DNA from: Candidatus Flemingiibacterium sp.
GTDB lineage: Bacteria; Bacillota; Clostridia; Oscillospirales; CAG-272
NCBI GenBank assembly: GCA_045579745.1
Contig: JAZNMQ010000024.1
Span: forward strand, 14,612-78,611
Direction: 5' to 3'
Length of the DNA stretch: 64,000 nucleotides
Part shown: positions 46,587-54,053 of the stretch, piece by piece
Layout: every line of letters begins with the position of its first letter
How positions within the stretch are numbered: position 1 is the first letter of the stretch
Translations under genes and position numbers: made by a program
Notes under the pieces: generated by a model
Told to the model about the DNA's origin: nothing
The model's input: the letters and a program-made list of their open reading frames with translations, nothing else
The model's database searches: none

Positions 46587-47141
46587 ATGCTGAACATTGA
46601 TAAAACCTTGTATTCCACGCGCCCGAACGACAGTCGGCAAGCTAAAGAGCTTAGAGTATACGAGCTTCTTGAAGCTCTTGATATTCAATATCATAGAGTC
46701 GACCATGATGAAGCCGCAACGATTGATGAATGCCTCGAGATCGAATCGGTTCTCGGCACGAAAATATGCAAAAATTTATTTCTCTGCAATCAGCAGAAAA
46801 CTAAATTCTATTTGCTAATGATGCCGGGGGACAAGCATTTCTCGACTAAGGAGTTTTCAAAGAAGATCGGCTCGTCGCGCCTTTCCTTCGCACCGCCTGA
46901 ATTTATGGAGCGATATCTGAACCTGACACCGGGCTCGGTCAGCTTTCTCGGACTTATGAACGACTGCGACAACAATGTTACGCTTGTCATCGACAAGGAT
47001 GTGACTGCCGATGAGTCAATAGGATGCCATCCGTGCATCAACACATCAACGCTAAAGCTCAAAACTTCCGACATTCTCAAGCATATTCTTCCGACAATTC
47101 ACCATGAACCGATTTTTGTAGAGCTAAACGGAGAAATATAA
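46587..47141 (+). CDS. YbaK/ProX-type aminoacyl-tRNA editing domain protein
   Basis: 184 aa. KNLFLCNQQKTKFYLLMMPGDK...LTPGSVSFLGL, typical of the prolyl-tRNA-synthetase-associated editing domain. Confidence 0.7.
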   Translation: MLNIDKTLYSTRPNDSRQAKELRVYELLEALDIQYHRVDHDEAATIDECLEIESVLGTKICKNLFLCNQQKTKFYLLMMPGDKHFSTKEFSKKIGSSRLSFAPPEFMERYLNLTPGSVSFLGLMNDCDNNVTLVIDKDVTADESIGCHPCINTSTLKLKTSDILKHILPTIHHEPIFVELNGEI

Positions 47142-48442
47142 TGGTAACAATCAAAGATGTCGAGCCCGCATCCCTTGCTCAAACGCACGGTATACGCGCA
47201 GGCGATATTCTCCTTTCAATAAATAATCACGAAATTCGCGATGTGCTCGATTATCAATTTCGTCTTTGCGAAAAAAAGGTCGTGCTGAAGCTTCATCGCG
47301 GCGCTGAGCTTTTGGAAATCACAATCAAAAAAAGCGAATACAGCGATATCGGGCTGATGTTTGAAACCTATCTGATGGACAAAAAGCATTCCTGCAAAAA
47401 TAAATGCGTTTTTTGCTTTATTGACCAGCTTCCGCGCGGAATGCGTGATACACTTTATTTCAAGGACGACGATTCGCGCCTTTCTTTCCTGATGGGCAAC
47501 TACATCACGCTGACCAATCTGAATGATGAGGACGTCAAGCGCATTATCGAGATGAAAATGTCGCCTATCAACATTTCCGTTCACACAACCAATCCCGAGC
47601 TCAGAGTCAGAATGATGAACAACAAGCGTGCCGGAGATGTGCTTGACTATATGCGCCAATTTGCTGACGCGGGAATAAAGCTTAATTGTCAGATAGTCCT
47701 TTGCAAAGGACTGAACGACGGAGCCGAGCTTGAGCGTACAATGCGGGATCTCACCGGGCTTGCACCGAATCTACTCGGAGTTTCTATAGTACCTGCAGGT
47801 CTTACCGCACACCGTGAGGGGCTGTATCCTCTTGAGCCTCACACGCCGGAGGAAACCGCTTCGATCATCGACAAGGTCGATAGCTTTGCAAAAGAATGCC
47901 TTACGAAATTCGGTTCAAGATTGTTTTTCTGCTCGGACGAAATGTATCTCCGATGCAAGAGAGAGCTTCCCGATGAAGAATACTATGAGGGCTATCCACA
48001 GCTTGAAAACGGCGTCGGAATGATTCGCTCAATGGAAACCGAATTTTGCGACGAGCTTTCATACCTTGATGAATACGATTTGACTAAGAAACGCAATATT
48101 TCGATAGCTACAGGATATGCAGCGTATGATTTCATATGCGAATTATCATCAAAGCTAATGCGCCTCATTCCAACCCTCAAAATCACCGTTTATCGCATTC
48201 GAAATGACTATTTCGGGCATAATATCACCGTCGCAGGGCTTATAACGGCACGCGACATAATTGCTCAGCTTGAGGGGAAGCCGCTCGGTGAGCGACTTTT
48301 GATCCCATCTGTCATGCTTCGAGCTGAGGGCGACATGTTTCTTGACAGCGTCAGCGTCGCTGAGCTTTCCGAAAAGCTCGAAGTACCGCTGATTCCAACC
48401 GATTCAACCGGAACAGATTTTGTGTCAAAGGTTTTATATTGA
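47141..48442 (+). CDS. PDZ / radical-SAM / DUF512-architecture protein
   Basis: 433 aa. N-terminal PDZ-like (GIRAGDILLSINNHEI) and a CKNKCVFC (CxxxCxxC) motif. The C-terminal half resembles DUF512 by eye. The start overlaps the upstream stop (TAATG). Confidence 0.7.
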   Translation: MVTIKDVEPASLAQTHGIRAGDILLSINNHEIRDVLDYQFRLCEKKVVLKLHRGAELLEITIKKSEYSDIGLMFETYLMDKKHSCKNKCVFCFIDQLPRGMRDTLYFKDDDSRLSFLMGNYITLTNLNDEDVKRIIEMKMSPINISVHTTNPELRVRMMNNKRAGDVLDYMRQFADAGIKLNCQIVLCKGLNDGAELERTMRDLTGLAPNLLGVSIVPAGLTAHREGLYPLEPHTPEETASIIDKVDSFAKECLTKFGSRLFFCSDEMYLRCKRELPDEEYYEGYPQLENGVGMIRSMETEFCDELSYLDEYDLTKKRNISIATGYAAYDFICELSSKLMRLIPTLKITVYRIRNDYFGHNITVAGLITARDIIAQLEGKPLGERLLIPSVMLRAEGDMFLDSVSVAELSEKLEVPLIPTDSTGTDFVSKVLY

Positions 48443-48443
48443 T

Positions 48444-49157
48444 ATGAAAAAACATTTTTCTTTTATATGCGCTGTATTGATATTTACACTTGTTCTCATA
48501 ACGGCTTCGGGATGTTTTAAAACTCTCCCCATTGCCGATTACAACTGCTCTGCTGCACAGTATCTTGATGAAACTGACCAGCGGCTGCTTCGAGTATATT
48601 ATCCGGTCATCCATGGCTCCGGCGTTGGCGATGGAGTAAATGAAGCTCTGAAAGCCGCCGCGCTCTTGTATATGGAAGATTACCTCGCAGCCAATCAGCA
48701 CGAGGGCTATTATGCCTATGAAATCGGAACTGTTACACCCACTTTGCAGCTTCCTGAGCTTGCAAGCTTTTTATGTGTGGGTAGTTATTCCGTGGAAGGC
48801 TCCCTCACCGCCTCGAGTGTCGTTTACACAATAAACATCGACCCTCAAAGCGGAGAGATCCTTGATTATGATGAGCTTGTCGCGGATTATGATATACTGA
48901 AAAATAACTTCACATCCGAAAAATTCGAGCAGGTCGGCGGTCTTAACGATCTTCTTGAACAAATAAGCTGCTCCGATATTATCGCTAATTGCGATGATCG
49001 TCCGCCGCTCTATTTTATAGCGGATGAAAATGATGTTCTTCTTGCATTCTCCTTTGAGCTGACACATAAACTCGGTGGTCATGCGGAATTTGCAATAGAC
49101 ACAGACAAAATCAAAAAGGCTCTCAGCGAAAGACTGACAGCTATCATATACGAATAA
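48444..49157 (+). CDS. Hypothetical lipoprotein
   Basis: MKKHFSFICAVLIFTLVLITASGC (signal peptide plus lipobox). Start is 1 nt after the upstream stop. The rest has no motif I can name with confidence. Confidence 0.55.
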   Translation: MKKHFSFICAVLIFTLVLITASGCFKTLPIADYNCSAAQYLDETDQRLLRVYYPVIHGSGVGDGVNEALKAAALLYMEDYLAANQHEGYYAYEIGTVTPTLQLPELASFLCVGSYSVEGSLTASSVVYTINIDPQSGEILDYDELVADYDILKNNFTSEKFEQVGGLNDLLEQISCSDIIANCDDRPPLYFIADENDVLLAFSFELTHKLGGHAEFAIDTDKIKKALSERLTAIIYE

Positions 49158-49215
49158 ACACAAAAACGAAAGGAAGTCTTTGAATGCACTTGCTGCCAAA
49201 GACAAAGGGTAAATA

Positions 49216-50547
49216 ATGGCAAAACCTGTTATAGCAATCGTAGGTCGCCCTAATGTCGGTAAAAGCACGCTGTTCAACAAAATTGCAGGCGAGCGCATAT
49301 CGATAGTTGAAGATACACCGGGCGTAACCCGCGATCGCATCTATTATGAGGTAGAATGGAACGGACGCGCTTTGATACTTGTTGATACGGGCGGTATTGA
49401 GCCCAAAACCGACAGCATCATATTGCAGCAAATGAAAAATCAGGCTGAAATCGCAGTTGAAACTGCTGATGTTATCGTGTTCATGGTCGATGTCACTACA
49501 GGGTTGACCGCGGCTGACCGCGATATTTCAACAATGCTCCTGAAAAGCCGAAAGCCTGTCATTCTCGCAGTAAACAAGTGTGACTCTATCGGTGCTCCCC
49601 CGATGGCGTTCTACGAATTTTATGAGCTCGGCTTTGACGGTGAGCCTATTGCGGTATCAAGCATTCACGGCTCCGGAACCGGAGATCTGCTCGACAGAGT
49701 GCTTGAGCTCTGCCCTGCCGATGAAGAGCCTGAGGACGATTCGGATATTATCAAGGTCGCTGTTATCGGAAAGCCAAACGCAGGAAAAAGCTCAATTATC
49801 AATAAGATTCTCGGAGAGGAGCGCCTGATCGTTTCGGATATCCCCGGAACTACACGAGATGCAGTCGATACAAGAATTGAGAATGAATTCGGCAGATATA
49901 CCTTTATTGATACCGCAGGAATCAGACGTCAGGCAAAGGTCGAGGACCGTATCGAAAAATTCAGCGTTCTTCGTGCAAAAATGGCTGTGGAGCGCGCAGA
50001 TGTCTGCGTCATCATGATTGACGCGAATCAGGGTGTCACCGAGCAGGATGAAAAAATCGCAGGAATTGCTCACGAATCGGGCAAGGCAAGTATCATTGTT
50101 ATAAACAAATGGGATACCTTGGAAACTGAGGACAAAAACACAGTCGAATACGATAAAAAGGTCTACAACGCCCTCGGCTATATGACTTATGCTCCCACGC
50201 TCTATGTTTCGGCAAAAACAGGTCAGCGCGTTGGCAAGCTGTTTGAGCTTATTAACTATGTATACAATCAAAACTGCACTCGTATCTCAACCGGTATGCT
50301 CAACGATGTCCTCAACGATGCAACAGCACGCGTTCAGCCTCCGTCAGATAAGGGCCGCCATTTGAAGATCTACTATATGACTCAGACAGGAATAAAGCCC
50401 CCCACATTTGTCGTTTTCTGCAATAATGCAGAGTTATTTCATTTTTCATATCAGCGTTATATTGAAAATCAGCTTCGCGATATCTTTGGCTTCCGCGGGA
50501 CCCCAATCAAGTTAATAGTACGTCAAAAAGGAGATAAAGATCAATGA
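49216..50547 (+). CDS. der: Ribosome-associated GTPase Der (EngA)
   Basis: 443 aa. Tandem G domains (GRPNVGKST; GKPNAGKSS) and a KH-like C-terminus. Confidence 0.95.
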   Translation: MAKPVIAIVGRPNVGKSTLFNKIAGERISIVEDTPGVTRDRIYYEVEWNGRALILVDTGGIEPKTDSIILQQMKNQAEIAVETADVIVFMVDVTTGLTAADRDISTMLLKSRKPVILAVNKCDSIGAPPMAFYEFYELGFDGEPIAVSSIHGSGTGDLLDRVLELCPADEEPEDDSDIIKVAVIGKPNAGKSSIINKILGEERLIVSDIPGTTRDAVDTRIENEFGRYTFIDTAGIRRQAKVEDRIEKFSVLRAKMAVERADVCVIMIDANQGVTEQDEKIAGIAHESGKASIIVINKWDTLETEDKNTVEYDKKVYNALGYMTYAPTLYVSAKTGQRVGKLFELINYVYNQNCTRISTGMLNDVLNDATARVQPPSDKGRHLKIYYMTQTGIKPPTFVVFCNNAELFHFSYQRYIENQLRDIFGFRGTPIKLIVRQKGDKDQ

Positions 50548-51353
50548 CTTTATATGAAATATTTAACATCGGACTTATCCCCAAGCTTATTATGGGAGAG
50601 ACTAACGAGATTTCTATCCTGGCGCTTGTTTTGCTCTGTGTCGTATCATGCGCAGCGGCGTATTTCTTAGGCAGCTTTAACTTTGCCATAATAATTTCCA
50701 AATACAAGTATAAGGATGATATCCGCACCTACGGAAGCGGAAACGGCGGCATGACCAACATGCTTAGAACATATGGGAAAACCGCGGCAGCGTTTACGCT
50801 TCTCGGCGATATGCTCAAGGCGGCGGTTTCCGTTTTGATCGGCTCGCTTTTAGCCGGCGAGGCAGGCGCTTACTTAGCAGGCTTTGCTTGCACGATCGGA
50901 CACTCGTTCCCCATCTTCTACGGCTTCAAGGGTGGCAAGGGTATTGTTGTTACCGCGACCATGCTTTTGTGTCTTGAGCCGCTTGTATTCCTCATTCTGT
51001 TCATAATGTTCGTAATTATTGTAGCCTCGACAAAATTTTTATCACTCGGCTCAATAATCGGAATGCTCTTTTACCCGCTCGTTCTGAACCGTCTTTATCC
51101 TTTCCTCAACAACAGCACCCCTGAGGGCGCAGTTCCCGCAGTCGTTTCGATTTTAAATGCAGGACTCGTTATCTGGCTTCACCGCGAAAATATCAAACGA
51201 CTTCTCAGCGGCAAGGAAAACAAGTTCAGCTTAAAAAAGAAGGACAAATTCAAAAAGGATGAGCCTCAGAATGCAGCCGTTAATTCCGACGATTCCGAGG
51301 AAGCACGCAAAAAGCGCATTCATGAAGAAGCATTCGGTAATGATTCCGAATAA
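50544..51353 (+). CDS. plsY: Glycerol-3-phosphate acyltransferase PlsY with a ~60-aa charged C-terminal tail
   Basis: GSGNGGMTN, HSFPIFYGFKGGKG. ATGA overlap with the der stop. Confidence 0.9.
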   Translation: MTLYEIFNIGLIPKLIMGETNEISILALVLLCVVSCAAAYFLGSFNFAIIISKYKYKDDIRTYGSGNGGMTNMLRTYGKTAAAFTLLGDMLKAAVSVLIGSLLAGEAGAYLAGFACTIGHSFPIFYGFKGGKGIVVTATMLLCLEPLVFLILFIMFVIIVASTKFLSLGSIIGMLFYPLVLNRLYPFLNNSTPEGAVPAVVSILNAGLVIWLHRENIKRLLSGKENKFSLKKKDKFKKDEPQNAAVNSDDSEEARKKRIHEEAFGNDSE

Positions 51354-51367
51354 ACAACCAAATAACC

Positions 51368-51400
51368 AAAGGAGCTGTTGCACTTAAGTGCAACAGCTCC
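51368..51400. repeat. 33-nt palindromic element, second copy of the one at 785-817
   Basis: AAAGGAGCTGTTGCACTTAaGTGCAACAGCTCC here versus AAAGGAGCTGTTGCACTTAgGTGCAACAGCTCC at 785-817 (32/33 identical; the difference is in the loop). Confidence 0.85.
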
Positions 51401-51487
51401 CATAAAATACAGCTTGTCACCCATTCAGGGTTCCATTTATGTGTGCTTAGCACACACAAACCGCCGTATTTGGGCGCATCCGCGCCC

Positions 51488-51522
51488 GTGGCTGTTGCAA
51501 GTTTTCAACTTGCAACAGCCAC
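51488..51522 (+). terminator. Rho-independent terminator after plsY (related stem sequence)
   Basis: GTGGCTGTTGCAAGT tttca ACTTGCAACAGCCAC (15 bp) followed by ttttctatt. Confidence 0.75.
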
Positions 51523-51537
51523 TTTTCTATTCAGATT

Positions 51538-51957
51538 TTACGCAAGATTTTCGGAAATCTTGTTCATCCAATCGGTAACGGTCTTCTTTTCTTCATCCTT
51601 AACACCGCCGAGGAAAGGAATGCCGCCCTTTATGTAAAGAACATCGTCGATTACATTTGCTCCGGCGTCCTTAACCGCTTTGATAAGAATATTTGCTCCC
51701 TCGGGAGAGCCGTCTACGATAAACGCAACATTTGCCGCTCTTGCCTTTGTGAGCTCCTTGCAGAACAGAATGAGCTGATTTGCAGGATCCTTGGAAACGG
51801 ATACGAGCAGCACAACAAGTCTTTCCTTATCGCAGGAGTATGCGGGCGGAATGCTATCCATGCAGTTGATCTTTTCGGTAGCATAGTTATCGGTGATCAG
51901 CTGTGCGATATTCTTAATTTTAGCTTTGTTTGATGAGAACAGTACACGCATTTTCAT
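51538..51957 (-). CDS. Hypothetical 139-aa protein (possibly a flavodoxin-like fold)
   Basis: ORF with SD GGAGG 9 nt upstream of ATG 51957 (the ORF track starts at 51972). No diagnostic motif recognised. Confidence 0.5.
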   Translation of the reverse strand: MKMRVLFSSNKAKIKNIAQLITDNYATEKINCMDSIPPAYSCDKERLVVLLVSVSKDPANQLILFCKELTKARAANVAFIVDGSPEGANILIKAVKDAGANVIDDVLYIKGGIPFLGGVKDEEKKTVTDWMNKISENLA

Positions 51958-52044
51958 TGTAATTTCCTCCATTTTGGCAACGCAAAATCAGTACCCATTT
52001 TGGTTGCCGTCAAAATGGGTGATACACATTATGTGTTACTTTTG
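51958..52044 (-). promoter_or_regulatory. Structured 5' leader with mutually exclusive helices overlapping the SD
   Basis: mRNA sense: A CCCAUUUUG acggcaac CAAAAUGGG uacug AUUUUGcGUUGCC AAAAUGGAGG. Helix A is 9 bp. Alternative helix B (GGCAACCAAAAU / AUUUUGcGUUGCC) is 12 bp. The 9-mer CCAAAAUGG is duplicated at the SD. Confidence 0.4.
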
Positions 52045-52078
52045 ATTATATCATAAAAATCAGCCTTTTTGAAGTCAA
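52045..52078 (-). promoter_or_regulatory. Promoter of the orphan gene
   Basis: Minus strand reads TTGACT (52078-52073), 17-nt spacer, TATGAT (52055-52050). This overlaps an extended -10, TGATATAAT (52053-52045). Confidence 0.55.
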
Positions 52079-52143
52079 AACGAACAATTTAATATTTTTC
52101 AGCCATTCTAACAATTAAACTGTCGGGATTTTGTGCAACAAGA

Positions 52144-54042
52144 CTATTTTTTCATCAGATAATATTCGATTTTACCGGGCAGCAACGCTGTGTCAGCTTC
52201 GCATTCGATCAACCTGATCGTTTCTCCAACAAAATCAGGCTCCCATACCCTGTCAGAAAGATTCACAACGACCGCGATTTTTTCGGCGTCGTTCTCTCGA
52301 ATCATAATAAGCCGTCTTTCGTCACCGGTTTGAACAAATGTTAGCTCACCATCGGCAAACACCGAGTGAGATGCTCTTATTTTGCCGATCTTACGATAAA
52401 ATTCAAGTATTTTACAATCCTCGTATCCCCACTTAAACGGCATTCTGTTGAATGGATCACGTCCACCCTCCATGCCGATTTCATCGCCATAGTATATACA
52501 TGGAATGCCCGGAAATGCCGCAAGCAGTGCCCACGCGATCATTAAGCGAGCTGATGCCGTTTCTCTCTGCTCGGGCGCAAGTGAAAATGCCGCAAGCTCA
52601 GCGTTAGTCATACCTTGAGTGCCGACATCGGCGAGAACTGTCAAAATCCTCTCGGTATCGTGCGTTCCGAGAAAATTCATTAATACATGTGAAACCGCTC
52701 TTGGATAGTGCTCCCACAATTCAAGCACAGTTTTTTGAAGCCGTGAAGCCGCCCCTCCTAAGATAAAGTCGATAACAGCTTCCTTTAGCGGATAATTCAT
52801 GACCGAATCGAGCTGTGAGCCTCGGAAATATCTGCGGCGACGGTCATACGAGATCTTATTTGACGCGTCCTCCCAAACCTCTCCTATAATAAGAGCGTCA
52901 GACCGCTCCTCTCTTGCTACAGCCCGAAGCTCATCAAGAAAAACATCCGATAGCTCATCGGCAACATCGAGCCGCCAACCGTCGATACCCTTGTTCAGAT
53001 AATGTCTTATAACTCCGCGTTCACCGCAGATATACTCCCGCCACGATTTGTTATCACTCTTTACAGCAGGAAGTATCTTCACGCCCCACCAACAGCGATA
53101 CTCATCGGGATAATCCTCAAAAGTGTACCAATTGTAGAAGCGGGAATGCTTGGAGTTATATGCACCTGCATCAGGATAATGCCCGAATTTGTTGAAATAT
53201 CGACTATCAGCACCCGTGTGATTAAATACGCCGTCAAGAATCAGCTTAACGCCCTTGCTCTTGCACATGCTGACAAGATGCTCGAAAGCCTCATCCCCTC
53301 CGAACATTCTATCGACCTTCATGTAGTCGCCGGTGTCGTATTTGTGATTGGATGCCGCCTCGAAAATCGGGCAAAGATACAGTGTATCTACTCCGAGCGA
53401 AACAATATAGTCGAGCTTGTCGGCAACTCCCCACAGATTTCCGCCGAAGAACTGATTATTCGCAACCTCTCCGCCCGGACGGTCCGCATGCTGAGGGATT
53501 CCGTTTTCCCAATTGGGATCGTATATTTTGCCTTCATCGGGCGAGATCGGATTACCGCCGTCAAAAAATCTGTCAACGAAAATCTGATACATCATTCCGC
53601 CGCGGAATTTGTCGGGTGTGTTAAATGACGCATCATAAACCGTCAGCTGCTCGCACGAAACTCCGCTTCTGTCCGGAGTGAGCGTTCCGTCGCGTGCTGT
53701 ATAAAGCACCCCGTACGGCGTATCAAGCCCGAATGTATAATAAAAAAGTCCGCTTCTACTGTCAAGACAGATATCGGAAAGCTTCAATTCGCAGGCAAAT
53801 ACATCGTCCGAATCGGAAAACTCGCAAAGCGCGGCGGATATTTCCCGTGTTGACATATCATCATCGCGATACAAGCGCATTACCGCCGAGGCAGCGCATA
53901 ACGCGCGCGGCACTCTTACCTTAACGGTAAGAGTGTCGTTTGACGCGAAAGCTGACATATTACGCACAAAGCCACAAAGCCTTGTGCTTTTTTCGTAGCT
54001 GACTCTCAGTGCAGCTTCGTCGTAAAAATTATATACCAGCAT
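52144..54042 (-). CDS. GH13 alpha-glucan hydrolase (neopullulanase / cyclomaltodextrinase-like)
   Basis: 632 aa. GH13 regions DGVFNH, GWRLDVADE, GEVWED and FLGTHD. Last gene of the glycogen operon, 11 nt after glgP. Confidence 0.8.
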   Translation of the reverse strand: MLVYNFYDEAALRVSYEKSTRLCGFVRNMSAFASNDTLTVKVRVPRALCAASAVMRLYRDDDMSTREISAALCEFSDSDDVFACELKLSDICLDSRSGLFYYTFGLDTPYGVLYTARDGTLTPDRSGVSCEQLTVYDASFNTPDKFRGGMMYQIFVDRFFDGGNPISPDEGKIYDPNWENGIPQHADRPGGEVANNQFFGGNLWGVADKLDYIVSLGVDTLYLCPIFEAASNHKYDTGDYMKVDRMFGGDEAFEHLVSMCKSKGVKLILDGVFNHTGADSRYFNKFGHYPDAGAYNSKHSRFYNWYTFEDYPDEYRCWWGVKILPAVKSDNKSWREYICGERGVIRHYLNKGIDGWRLDVADELSDVFLDELRAVAREERSDALIIGEVWEDASNKISYDRRRRYFRGSQLDSVMNYPLKEAVIDFILGGAASRLQKTVLELWEHYPRAVSHVLMNFLGTHDTERILTVLADVGTQGMTNAELAAFSLAPEQRETASARLMIAWALLAAFPGIPCIYYGDEIGMEGGRDPFNRMPFKWGYEDCKILEFYRKIGKIRASHSVFADGELTFVQTGDERRLIMIRENDAEKIAVVVNLSDRVWEPDFVGETIRLIECEADTALLPGKIEYYLMKK

Positions 54043-54053
54043 ATTTTGGCAGA

